Assembly: GCA_018697035.1 (NCBI GenBank)
Contig: JABHSE010000001.1
Coordinates: forward strand, 29,653-93,652
Direction of reading: 5' to 3'
Origin: an archaeon
GTDB taxonomy: Archaea; Nanobdellota; Nanobdellia; Pacearchaeales; GW2011-AR1
DNA length: 64,000 nt
The notes beneath the pieces were generated by a model, which had not been told where the DNA came from, made no database searches, and saw nothing but the letters and a program-made list of their open reading frames with translations. Of the stretch, positions 37,751-46,886 are shown in pieces (within the stretch, counting starts at the first letter, position 1; each line of letters begins with the position of its first letter). The translations under genes were made by a program, and so were the position numbers.

Positions 37751-40615
37751 TTAGATTTTTAGACTTATGATTTTTGACATATTCTCTTGCATGGATACTC
37801 CATAAAGATTCGAAGCCTCGGATATTAAGGTGTCGTTGTGTGTGATTATGATGTATTGTCCGGCTGTCATGTATTTTTTTATTAGGGCTGCTAGGAGCTC
37901 GGAATTGTGTTTGTCTAAGGCTGCGTCGATTTCGTCGAATACGTAGAAGCAGTATGGTTTGTATTCTTGGATTGCGAAGATTAGGGATAGTGCGACTAGG
38001 GTTTTTTCTCCTCCTGAAAGTGAAGTTATGTCGAAGTATCGTCCACGGGAGACTTTTACTAATATATTTAGTCCTGCGGAGAAGGGATCTTTTTTGTTTT
38101 CTAGTTCTAAGACGACTTCACCTTTTCTTGATAGTTGTATGAAATTTCTTGTGAAGTATTCATTCACGGCGTTAAGGGTAGAGAGGAAGGATTTCTTTTT
38201 CTTTTTGTCTATCTCCTGTATTATTTTTTCTATTTGTTCTTTCTCTTCGTGGATGGTTTTGACTTTTCCTTCTATGAGTGTTACCTGTTCTTCAATTTTG
38301 TCGAAGACCTCTAGGGCCCGCAAGTTTACATTTCCCAGTCTTGACATTCTAAATTGTGATTTCTGTAATCGTTCTTTTATTTGTTCTATTGGGAGAGTTA
38401 GTATTTCTTCGGAGATGAATTCAGAGAGCTCGGAATTTAGGGATTCGATTTGTGCTCCAAGTTGTGCTACGAGAATTTTATTATGATTTATTTTGTCTTC
38501 TAAGTTTTTGACAGTGTGTTGTAATCCGATGATATCGGTTTCTACTACTTTTTGTTGGTCTTGTAGAGAGTTTCTGAAGTCGAAGAATTTTTGAGATTTC
38601 TCGTAGAGCTTTTGTTCTTCAATTTCTTTTTTTACTGCTTCCTTATCTTTTTCGGTTATTCGTAATTCTATTTTTCTTAGTTCTATTTGAGATTCTTCCA
38701 TGTCTCTTTGTGTTGCCTTCAGTTCGATAGTTAGTCTTCCGGTTTCTCTTTTTTTTAATTGGATTTCTGTATCTACGTCCATATCAGCAAAGGATATCTC
38801 CTGGAGAGTTAGTCTTGTTTCGTCATATTTCTCCTCAATGTCTTTGAGGGATTCGTAGTTTGTTCTCTTAGAATGTATTTTCTCGTTTATGGATTTCAGC
38901 TCTTCTTTCGTTTCTATTTGTTTTCCTGTTATTATTTTTATTTGTGCTTTTTTCTCGTCAGAGTTTTTTAGTTTGATTCTATCTATTCTTAGTTCTTCTA
39001 GTTTTGTTTGCAGAAGTGATAACCTTTCTTTTATGTGGCTTATTCTTGCGATGTCTTCGGTTTTTGTTTTAAGGTTTGTTTTCATTTCCTTGGATACGGA
39101 TTCTATTTTTGTGTCTGCGTCTGTTGATATTTTGTGTTTGTGATTTTCTCCTACATCTTGTTTGCAGATTGGACATGATTTCAAAGATGTTACGTCGTAT
39201 TTTAGTTTATTTTCTCGTTTGACATCCATTTCTAAAATGGCGTTTCTTTTTTCTTTTTCTAGTATTTGTCTTTCTAGTGTTGATATTTGATCTATTGTTT
39301 TTTCTATCTTAGAGCTTGTTTCTGATTTTAGCGATTTGTTTGATTCTGGTGTTTTTTCGTATTTGATTTCGTGAAAGAGGGAAGTGATTGTTTGTTCTAT
39401 TAGTTGGACTTCTTTTTGAGATTCTATTAGGAATTTTTCTTTTTGAGATTTCTGATTTTCTAGAGTTGAGAGATCGGATTTCAAGATGTAGAATTTTCTT
39501 CTTTGTTGTTCTAGTATGTCGAATTTTTCTTGGAGAATTTTTTGTTGCTCTTGTTGCTTTTTTATTTCAGGAGATGCTGTCCTTATTTCTGACATCTCTT
39601 GATTTAATTTTTCTATTTTTCCTTTCAATTTTTCTATTTTCTCTTTTCCTTGAATAAGTCTGTTGTCGAAATTTTCTCTCCGGACATCTAGACCTGCTAG
39701 GTCGGCTTTTAGGTCAGATATCTCTCCATGAAGGACTTCTTGTTCGTTGGATGTTGAGGATTGTATTTGTTTGTTTACTGCCAGAATTTTACCTTGGAAT
39801 TCTTCGGCTTTGAAGTTTTTTTCCTGTATGATTTTTTTTATTTTTTTTATTTCGAGATTAATTTCTTCTATTTTTTTATTTATTTCAGAGACTTCTTTTT
39901 CTTTATTGTTCTTAGTTTTAACTAGAAGGGTTTTTTTGCATCGTTTTATTGTAGTTTCTAATTTTTGATAAGAGATTGCTTCTTGCCTCTCTTTGTTTAG
40001 GTTTTTTAGGTAAGATGTTTTCTCTCTTAGTACTGCAGATATTTCCTTTAGCCTTTCTTCTGTTTTTTCTAATTCTCTAAGGGATTTGTGCTTTCTTGTT
40101 TCGTATATTGATATCCCTGCGACCTCTTCTATTATTTTTCGTCTTTCTTCGGCTGTTGCTTTTACTAAGGATTGGATTTCTCCTTGGAGGACTATGTTGA
40201 ATCCGTTTGGGTCTACGCCGGCTTGAGATAAGAGTTCTAGGATATCTTGACGGGTTTTTGTTTTGCCGTTGATTCTGTATATTGATTGTCCGGTTTTCCG
40301 TACGGTTCTTTTGATTGTGACTTCTTTTTCATCTATTGCGAAGGTTTTGTCTGTGTTGTCGAAGGTTAGTTCTACTGATGCTTCTTGTGAGCCTTTGTAT
40401 GTTTTGTTTCCGGAGAAGAGTAAGTTTGCTGCTTTTGCGGCTCTTATTGATTTAATTGAGAGTCTTCCGAGTACGAAGCAGAGAGCGTCAGTTATGTTTG
40501 ATTTTCCTGAGCCGTTTGGTCCGACTATTACGTTCATTGAGTTGTTTAGGGGTATTTCGGTTTTTCTTGCGAAGGATTTGAAACCGTGCATCGTCATCTT
40601 TTTTATGTGGGTCAT
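37751..40615 (-). CDS. smc: SMC chromosome segregation ATPase (short; central CxxC, no recognisable hinge)
   Basis: GFKSF, GPNGSGKSNI.DA..FVLG, VLQGEI, NVNLRA, LSGGEK, FYVFDEIDAALD; CPIC at residues 481-484 of 954. Confidence 0.9.
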   Translation of the reverse strand: MTHIKKMTMHGFKSFARKTEIPLNNSMNVIVGPNGSGKSNITDALCFVLGRLSIKSIRAAKAANLLFSGNKTYKGSQEASVELTFDNTDKTFAIDEKEVTIKRTVRKTGQSIYRINGKTKTRQDILELLSQAGVDPNGFNIVLQGEIQSLVKATAEERRKIIEEVAGISIYETRKHKSLRELEKTEERLKEISAVLREKTSYLKNLNKERQEAISYQKLETTIKRCKKTLLVKTKNNKEKEVSEINKKIEEINLEIKKIKKIIQEKNFKAEEFQGKILAVNKQIQSSTSNEQEVLHGEISDLKADLAGLDVRRENFDNRLIQGKEKIEKLKGKIEKLNQEMSEIRTASPEIKKQQEQQKILQEKFDILEQQRRKFYILKSDLSTLENQKSQKEKFLIESQKEVQLIEQTITSLFHEIKYEKTPESNKSLKSETSSKIEKTIDQISTLERQILEKEKRNAILEMDVKRENKLKYDVTSLKSCPICKQDVGENHKHKISTDADTKIESVSKEMKTNLKTKTEDIARISHIKERLSLLQTKLEELRIDRIKLKNSDEKKAQIKIITGKQIETKEELKSINEKIHSKRTNYESLKDIEEKYDETRLTLQEISFADMDVDTEIQLKKRETGRLTIELKATQRDMEESQIELRKIELRITEKDKEAVKKEIEEQKLYEKSQKFFDFRNSLQDQQKVVETDIIGLQHTVKNLEDKINHNKILVAQLGAQIESLNSELSEFISEEILTLPIEQIKERLQKSQFRMSRLGNVNLRALEVFDKIEEQVTLIEGKVKTIHEEKEQIEKIIQEIDKKKKKSFLSTLNAVNEYFTRNFIQLSRKGEVVLELENKKDPFSAGLNILVKVSRGRYFDITSLSGGEKTLVALSLIFAIQEYKPYCFYVFDEIDAALDKHNSELLAALIKKYMTAGQYIIITHNDTLISEASNLYGVSMQENMSKIISLKI

Positions 40616-40649
40616 TTGTTTTTTAAGGGAGTGGGGTTTTTAAGAATTG

Positions 40650-41498
40650 TTAGGACAATTTTAGGAGTTTTGCCAAGTCTTTGCTTAGGATATTTTCTCC
40701 TTTACTTAATAATTCTCTTTGGGTTGCTGGACCATGATAGTCTGAACCGTAGCTGATTGGAAGATTATTTTCCTTGGCGAATGTTTCGAATTTATGGTAG
40801 GGATATTTTTCTTTGAAAAGTGGCTGTACTTCTAAGAAATCTATGCCTTGCTCTACTAGAATTTCTAACTCTTTCATTCTTTTGATGTCCTTAGGTGGGT
40901 GAGCGATTCCAATTATTCCTCCTGCTTCATGTACTATATCTATTGCTTCTTTCGGGTCTACTCCTATTCTGGGCTTGAGGTCTCCCGCTATTCCCTTTTT
41001 ACCTAGGTAATATTTGAATAATCTTTCTGGTGATAATTCTGAGTGCTTTTCTTGAATGTATTCTCTACATTCTTTGTCTTTGTAAAATATTTCTTTTATG
41101 TTTCCTTTACCTATTCTTGAGTCTGGATATTCGGATCTTATTTTTTCCATTGTTATCGGGAGGCCTGATTTTTGTAGAATATCTACCCTTGTTTTACATC
41201 GGGTGTATTGTATGTCTCTTGAATGTTTTAGGAATTTTTGGAGTTTTGAGTTTTCGGGATTGAAATTTAATGCTAGTAGGTGGTAGTTTTGGGTTGTGAT
41301 CTCTGCTGCTGGTAAAAGTTTTACTCCGTATTGTTCTGCGGTTTTATAGGCTTCGAAATATCCCCGTGTATGATCGTGGTCTGCTATTGCCATGACGTCT
41401 ATTCCTTTCATTGTTGATATTTTTATTATTTGTGTTGGGTCTAATTGTCCATCCGAGTATTTCGTGTGCATATGGAGGTCTATGTACTTTGTTTTCAT
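40650..41498 (-). CDS. PHP-domain metal-dependent phosphoesterase
   Basis: DLHMHTKYSDG, IADHD, AHP, GSDYHG. Confidence 0.92.
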   Translation of the reverse strand: MKTKYIDLHMHTKYSDGQLDPTQIIKISTMKGIDVMAIADHDHTRGYFEAYKTAEQYGVKLLPAAEITTQNYHLLALNFNPENSKLQKFLKHSRDIQYTRCKTRVDILQKSGLPITMEKIRSEYPDSRIGKGNIKEIFYKDKECREYIQEKHSELSPERLFKYYLGKKGIAGDLKPRIGVDPKEAIDIVHEAGGIIGIAHPPKDIKRMKELEILVEQGIDFLEVQPLFKEKYPYHKFETFAKENNLPISYGSDYHGPATQRELLSKGENILSKDLAKLLKLS

Positions 41499-41499
41499 G

Positions 41500-41751
41500 T
41501 TAATCGAAATGGAATACCCGTCCTTCATTTAGTTGATCTTCTAAATCTCGATTGTATGAGTAAACTTCCATTACCTTTTGCATGTTTACTCCATTTATTT
41601 TGCTGTATTCTTCAGTTGCATTTTGGTTTTTTGAGACATATACTGGATAGTCTTCGTAGTCGAATGTGTCACAAACTACGATCATGTGGGTGATATTTTT
41701 TTCTTTGCCGTTTTCGAGCCAATTGCTTATGTCTTTTCTTGTTGTTCCCAT
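41500..41751 (-). CDS. Small hypothetical protein
   Basis: THMIVVCDTFDYEDYPVYV motif; stop lies 1 nt before the PHP start. Confidence 0.7.
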   Translation of the reverse strand: MGTTRKDISNWLENGKEKNITHMIVVCDTFDYEDYPVYVSKNQNATEEYSKINGVNMQKVMEVYSYNRDLEDQLNEGRVFHFD

Positions 41752-41811
41752 AATTATACTTAACAATAGAAACGTTTATATATCTCCTATATGATTTATA
41801 TAAATAATATA

Positions 41812-42705
41812 ATGAAGCGAAAAGTGATAAAACAGGCGAACCAGGCGTATACTTTGACGTTGCCGATCGACTGGGTTAGGGCTAATAAGATTTCTGAAAA
41901 ATGTGAGATTGACGTTGTTGTGGATGGTCGGAGTTTGTTGGTTTCGAATGAAGGCGGTGTTGTTAAGAAAAAGGCGAAGTTGGATGTTTCGGGGTTTGAG
42001 TATAGGAACGTTTATCGCCACATTAACGCGCTTTATGCTAAGGGAGTGGATGAGATTGAGATTAGTTCGGATAAGGAAATTTCGTCTTTGATAATTAAGT
42101 TGTTGAATTCTTTGATTGGATATGTTTTAGTTTCTCAAGAGGATGGGAAATATGTAATAAAGGATATTAGCGGTGGTGGTTATGGTGATTTGGATGAAGT
42201 TTTCAAGAGGGCGTTCCAGTCAGTTATTTTATTTTATGATTCTGCTATTAGTGACGTTTTCGGTGCGGGTATTGAGAGTGAGAGTAGTTTGAGGATGCGG
42301 GATTTGGAGGTGAATAAGCTTTGTTTTTATTTGCAGAGGGCTATTAATAAGATGTCTTATGGGGATGCTGTTCGGGGACGGAGTCTATTTAGTTATTCAC
42401 TTGAGTTGGAAAAAATTGGGGACGATATTTTGAGATTTTGGAGAGCGAATCTTGGGAAAAAAATTAAGAAAACTAAAGAGCTTAGAGAGATTGTTGATTT
42501 GTCAAGAAAGTGTCTTCACTGGACTTTTGATTCCTATTATAGATTTGATTCAAAGGAATTAGAGAAAGTTTTTGATTTGAGAGAGAAAGTTAGAAAAAAG
42601 GTTGCGGTGATTAAAGGGCAGGATGTTTTTGCTCGGCAGGCATTGAGGATTGCGGAAGGTGCTGTTGATTTGAATCATTTGGTTTTAATGATGAAACTAG
42701 AATAG
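41812..42705 (+). CDS. AbrB-PhoU phosphate uptake regulator family protein
   Basis: RKVIKQ...YTLTLPIDWV, ALYAKGVDEIEI, LEKIGD. Confidence 0.85.
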   Translation: MKRKVIKQANQAYTLTLPIDWVRANKISEKCEIDVVVDGRSLLVSNEGGVVKKKAKLDVSGFEYRNVYRHINALYAKGVDEIEISSDKEISSLIIKLLNSLIGYVLVSQEDGKYVIKDISGGGYGDLDEVFKRAFQSVILFYDSAISDVFGAGIESESSLRMRDLEVNKLCFYLQRAINKMSYGDAVRGRSLFSYSLELEKIGDDILRFWRANLGKKIKKTKELREIVDLSRKCLHWTFDSYYRFDSKELEKVFDLREKVRKKVAVIKGQDVFARQALRIAEGAVDLNHLVLMMKLE

Positions 42706-43356
42706 TTTTTTCTGTGACGAATTTTTTGCCTTGAATAATTTTTTTACTGTATTCCAGGAGAACCTTATAATAGGAGAGTATTTTTCGTTGTCGAAATTTT
42801 CAGTTATAAATTTTTTTGTTTTTGGATCTGCTGGATATCCTGATCCGAAATCTATTTTATATTTTTGTTTTAGTTTGTATACCTCGTCTTCTCTAGATTC
42901 TTTTGCTAGTATTGATGCTGCTCCGACAATTGGGTGGTTTGCGTCTGCTTTGTGTTCGCATTTTAGGATTATTTGTTTTGGATTTTTTAGAAGCTGCTGA
43001 ACGTCGTTTGACCAGGATTCTATGTTTACTGAGGGGCAATCTACTACTGCTGTGGTTTTTTCTTTTAGGTTTTTTGTTAGATGGTTTATGATTTCGGCTG
43101 TTTTGATTGCTTCTAGGTAGTTTAGGTTTGTCGAGTCGTCGATTTGTTTTGGGGAGGATTTGACTATGTGGTGGGTGAACTTAGGTCTTAGGGATTCTGC
43201 TATTTTTCTTCTTTGGAGTGGAGATAAGAGTTTTGAGTCTTTTGCATTTAGGGCTTTTATTTTTGGTTCGTCTTTTTCGTCTATTATTACTCCTGCTAGG
43301 GTCATCGGGCCTAAGACTGGGCCTCTGCCTGCGTCGTCGATTCCTAGGACTTTCAT
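42697..43356 (-). CDS. rnhB: Ribonuclease HII
   Basis: GIDDAGRGPVLGPM, DSKLL, HKAD, AASILAK, GSGYPAD. Confidence 0.95.
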   Translation of the reverse strand: MKVLGIDDAGRGPVLGPMTLAGVIIDEKDEPKIKALNAKDSKLLSPLQRRKIAESLRPKFTHHIVKSSPKQIDDSTNLNYLEAIKTAEIINHLTKNLKEKTTAVVDCPSVNIESWSNDVQQLLKNPKQIILKCEHKADANHPIVGAASILAKESREDEVYKLKQKYKIDFGSGYPADPKTKKFITENFDNEKYSPIIRFSWNTVKKLFKAKNSSQKKLF

Positions 43357-43387
43357 GTTTGATTAAATCGTCAAGAGTTTATAAGAA

Positions 43388-43463
43388 TAGCGGGGACGGG
43401 ATTTGAACCACGTGACCTTGAGGTTATGGGCCTCACGAGCTGACCAGACTGCTCCACCCCGCT
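43388..43463 (-). tRNA. tRNA-Met(CAT), probably the initiator
   Basis: A1:U72 pair, AGCGGGGTGG start, anticodon arm TGAGG-CCCATAA-CCTCA. Confidence 0.9.
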
Positions 43464-43504
43464 ATAATAGGAGGAGATAGTTTCGACTTTTAAAGATTTG
43501 GATA

Positions 43505-43670
43505 ATGTGGGAAGGAGGATTCTATTCACAATTCACTCTAAAATTTTCCTTATCATTTCGTTTGGGAAAATTCGAGCAAAGATTTTCGCCCCCGTATTCT
43601 ACGAGCATTAGAATTATCCATCAAATATAATTCCTTTTGGAAATTATATAGTATGTGGGAAGGAGGATTC
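43505..43670 (-). repeat. 18-bp direct repeat of the tRNA-Leu 3' end flanking a 130-bp spacer
   Basis: ATGTGGGAAGGAGGATTC at 43505-43522 and 43653-43670. Confidence 0.88.
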
Positions 43671-43738
43671 GAACCCCCGTAAGCAAAGATGCTACTGGAT
43701 CTTAAGTCCAGCCCGTTTGGCCACTCCGGCATTCCCAC
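43654..43738 (-). tRNA. tRNA-Leu(TAA)
   Basis: GTGGGAA/TTCCCAC acceptor, CTGGA-CTTAAGA-TCCAG, long variable arm, GGTTCGAATCC. Confidence 0.96.
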
Positions 43739-43825
43739 ATGGGAGTTGGAGCTTTGAAGAACTTATAAGTTTTATTGTTAACGGTGTTTAGGTATGTTTT
43801 TATAGATAGTTTGGTTTTATGAGTA

Positions 43826-44305
43826 ATGAAGAATAAGAATGTTGGGTTTTTGATTGTTGGAATTTCGATTGTAATTGTAGCTATTGTGCTATTATTTAAT
43901 TCGGGACTGAAAGATATTGTGGATGAGAGTTGTGATCATGGGTCGACTTGTACTATGTATGATACGATTAGGGTTCAGACTGGCTTGAGTGTTATTATTG
44001 CAGGGCTTGTCTTTTTGATCGGATTATTTTTTATTTTGAGCAAAGAGAGTGAGAGGATTGTTGTTAAGCGAGTTAAGGGGAAGATGCGGAAGAAGAGATT
44101 GGATTTGAGTAAGTTGGATGGCGAGGAAAGGCGGGTTGTTGATATTTTAATTAGGGAGAGTGGGGCGTTTTTTCAGAAGAGTGTTATGGAAGAGCTTGGG
44201 TGTGGAAAAGTTAAGATGACTAGACTCGTTGATAAGTTAGAGGCTAAGGGTTTGGTTGAGAGGAAAAGGCGTGGTATGAATAATATCTTGGTTCTGGTGC
44301 GATGA
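43826..44305 (+). CDS. Membrane-anchored winged-helix transcriptional regulator
   Basis: Two TM helices with a C..H..C loop; KVKMTRLVDKLEAKGLVERKRRGMNN wHTH. Confidence 0.8.
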   Translation: MKNKNVGFLIVGISIVIVAIVLLFNSGLKDIVDESCDHGSTCTMYDTIRVQTGLSVIIAGLVFLIGLFFILSKESERIVVKRVKGKMRKKRLDLSKLDGEERRVVDILIRESGAFFQKSVMEELGCGKVKMTRLVDKLEAKGLVERKRRGMNNILVLVR

Positions 44306-44943
44306 AGAGAAATATTAAGTTGAAACTTTGGAGTTTGTTTGGAGTGTTTGTTTTGATTTTTATCTTTCTTCTGTTATCTTATTTTGTTCAGAATAATTTC
44401 GAGTTTTTTGAGAGGTTGGTCGCGGGTAATTCATGGGGATTGGTGATTTATATTTTTCTTAATTTTTTAGGGACTGTGGTTGCGCCGATTACTGTGATTC
44501 CGTTGATTGTTGTGATTACGGGGATTTGGGGTCCTGTTGTTGCTAGTCTTGCTAGTTGGTTTGCCTGGATACTTGGTTCTATTGTTGCTTTTTGGATTGC
44601 CCGAAGGTTTGGTGTTCCTGCCGTTAGGAGGTTTGTTTCTTTGGATGAGTTATATAAATTTGAGGATAAGTTTTTTATTTTGAAGAGTTTTTGGGGTATT
44701 GTGATTTTGAGGATGGTGATTCCGGTTGAGATTTTGAGTTATGGTTTGGGGTTGTTTAGTAGAGTTGGATTTTGGAAGTATGCTCTTGCTAGTGCTATTG
44801 GGCTTTTACCTGTCACCTTTGCTTTTGGATATTTAGGAATAGTCCCTTTTGTTTATCAAGTTGTTTTGGGACTTGTTGTTTTGATTGGGATTCTGATTCT
44901 GATTATTTTTGGGGAAATTTGGAAAGCTCGTCGGAAGAGCTAA
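44302..44943 (+). CDS. DedA/VTT (TVP38) family membrane protein
   Basis: GSIVAFWIARRFG, LRMVIP, SYGLG. Confidence 0.85.
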   Translation: MKRNIKLKLWSLFGVFVLIFIFLLLSYFVQNNFEFFERLVAGNSWGLVIYIFLNFLGTVVAPITVIPLIVVITGIWGPVVASLASWFAWILGSIVAFWIARRFGVPAVRRFVSLDELYKFEDKFFILKSFWGIVILRMVIPVEILSYGLGLFSRVGFWKYALASAIGLLPVTFAFGYLGIVPFVYQVVLGLVVLIGILILIIFGEIWKARRKS

Positions 44944-44944
44944 T

Positions 44945-44958
44945 TGAAACTAGTTTCA
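44945..44958. promoter_or_regulatory. Perfect 14-bp palindrome TGAAACTAGTTTCA upstream of the metal-resistance gene
   Basis: Just upstream of TTTATATA (~44968). Confidence 0.5.
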
Positions 44959-44995
44959 TCGAAGCGATTATATAGGATTTTGTTTTGTGCTTTAT

Positions 44996-46417
44996 ATGAA
45001 GAAAATTTTTAGGATTGAGGGAATGACCTGTAATTCGTGTGCTAATCTTATTGAGTATAAGTTGAAAGATAAGGTGAAGCATGTGTCTGCTAGTTATTCT
45101 AAGGGAGAAGTCGAGGTTGAATTTGATGAAAATAAGATTAGTGAGAAAAAGATTATTAGCTTAATTGAGGAGGGTGGGGAGTTTAGTATTGTTGAAGAAG
45201 GTAGGACTGAAGATAAGGTTGGCTTGTGGTTTATGATTGGATCTTTTCTTGTTTTGGCGTATTTTGCTTATGGTTGGATTAGTGACTTGGGTTTTTCAAT
45301 TCCTGGTGTTGGAGAGCAGTCTGGGTTTATTATTTTGTTTTTTGTTGGCATTTTAACTGGCTTTCATTGTGTTTCGATGTGTGGAGTTTTTGTTGTTTCC
45401 TATACTACCAGTAATGCGAAGGTTGGACATAAGGGGTTTATGCAACATTTTGTTTATGGTGGATCTAAGGTTTTTTCTTATGCTGTTATTGGTGGTATTT
45501 TTGGTTTGATTGGTGGTATTTTTTCTTTTAGTATTGGGCTTCGTGCCGGTATTGCTATTTTTGCTGGGTTGTTTATGGTGTCTTATGCCTTGAGTATGCT
45601 GGGTGTTGGATTTTTTAGAAAGTTTTCTTTTAACCCTAAGTTTTTGACTAAGTGGGCCGCTAAGACTACTCATGGCGCAAAGGGATTTTATACGGCCCCT
45701 TTTATGACTGGTATACTTAGTGGTTTCTTTATCGCCTGTGGGCCGCTTCAAGCGCTTTATCTTTATGCTGCGGGGACTGGGAGTTTTTGGACTGGTTTCT
45801 TTTCTTTGGGAGCTTTTAGTCTTGGTACTTTGCCAGTATTGATTGGATTTGGTAGTTTGACTTCAGTTATTAGTAAGAAGGCTACTAAGAGGATTTTGAA
45901 AATTGCGGCGGTTCTTGTTTTGATATTAGGACTTATTATGATTAATAGAGGGCTTGTGGTTTTGGGAAGTGATTATAGTTTTGAGGCGATTGCTTCTAAT
46001 ATCGGCGGAGTTAGTGCTGGAGCTACTGCTGCTGGAGCGGCTGTTTTGGAAGGAGATTTTCAGGTGATTAATATGGAGGTTACGCGATATGGGTGGACGC
46101 CAGATACATTTACTTTAAAGAAGGGGGTTCCTGTGAAATGGAATATCGATGTTAAGGAATTGACTGGGTGTAATAATGAGATAATTGTTCGGGATTATGA
46201 TATTGATGCTAAGTTGAAGAAGGGGATGAATGTTGTGGAATTTTTGCCTGATGAGACGGGGACTGTTAGATGGAGTTGTTGGATGGGAATGATTCCTGGG
46301 ACGTTTATTGTGACTGATGATGGTTTGGCTAGTGATACTCAACTAAAGGAGGTTGCTGCGTCTGCTCCTGCTGGTGGTGGCTGTGGGTGTGGAGGAGGTT
46401 CTACTTGTGGCGCTTGA
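44996..46417 (+). CDS. HMA + DsbD_2/TauE-like + cupredoxin copper-handling membrane protein
   Basis: GMTCNSC, HCVSMCG, ACGPLQ, GCNN, SCWMGM, C-terminal GCGCGG. Confidence 0.9.
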   Translation: MKKIFRIEGMTCNSCANLIEYKLKDKVKHVSASYSKGEVEVEFDENKISEKKIISLIEEGGEFSIVEEGRTEDKVGLWFMIGSFLVLAYFAYGWISDLGFSIPGVGEQSGFIILFFVGILTGFHCVSMCGVFVVSYTTSNAKVGHKGFMQHFVYGGSKVFSYAVIGGIFGLIGGIFSFSIGLRAGIAIFAGLFMVSYALSMLGVGFFRKFSFNPKFLTKWAAKTTHGAKGFYTAPFMTGILSGFFIACGPLQALYLYAAGTGSFWTGFFSLGAFSLGTLPVLIGFGSLTSVISKKATKRILKIAAVLVLILGLIMINRGLVVLGSDYSFEAIASNIGGVSAGATAAGAAVLEGDFQVINMEVTRYGWTPDTFTLKKGVPVKWNIDVKELTGCNNEIIVRDYDIDAKLKKGMNVVEFLPDETGTVRWSCWMGMIPGTFIVTDDGLASDTQLKEVAASAPAGGGCGCGGGSTCGA

Positions 46418-46418
46418 G

Positions 46419-46583
46419 ATGAAAGAGGATTTGGATTGTCCGATTTGTGAGAAGCAAGTTTTTTCTGGTGCTGGTGAGGGGTGTAAAATGTGCGGAATGA
46501 CTATGGATGAGGGTGATGAACTTTTTTGCTGTGAAATATGTGAGGATAAGTGGGGGTCTATTAATTCGAGGGTTGAAGATTAG
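46419..46583 (+). CDS. Small Cys-rich metal-binding protein (54 aa)
   Basis: CPIC, CKMC, CCEIC; starts 1 nt after the upstream gene. Confidence 0.7.
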   Translation: MKEDLDCPICEKQVFSGAGEGCKMCGMTMDEGDELFCCEICEDKWGSINSRVED

Positions 46584-46599
46584 TTAATTTTATATAGTT

Positions 46600-46617
46600 T
46601 GTTCACTATTGTTAACT
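46600..46617. promoter_or_regulatory. Operator-like TGTTCACTATTGTTAACT (copy 1)
   Basis: Identical 18-mer at 50142; directly downstream of the TATA box. Confidence 0.7.
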
Positions 46618-46639
46618 AATTAAATTTGGAGTATATTAT

Positions 46640-46861
46640 ATGGATAAAGTAAAATTAATGTTTGGAATATTCGTTTCTATAATGTTAGCTTTGACTTTTG
46701 TTTCGGCTGATTCTGGTGACTATGATCATGGAATGGGCGGAATGATGTCCGGTAGCTATGGTTTTGGTGGGATGGTTTTTGGCTGGATTACTGGAATATT
46801 GTTTGTTGCTGTTTTAGTTTTGTTGATTGTTTGGTTAACTAAACAGATACAGAAGAAATAA
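46640..46861 (+). CDS. Small His/Met/Gly-rich membrane protein
   Basis: Signal peptide, HGMGGMM, TM helix; located in the copper cluster. Confidence 0.75.
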   Translation: MDKVKLMFGIFVSIMLALTFVSADSGDYDHGMGGMMSGSYGFGGMVFGWITGILFVAVLVLLIVWLTKQIQKK

Positions 46862-46886
46862 TGGAGCTCAAAGCATAAATAAAATA

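Noticed and set aside
43330..43356. RNase HII GIDDAGRG instead of GIDEAGRG
   Set aside because: Conservative acidic substitution with the rest of the active site intact.
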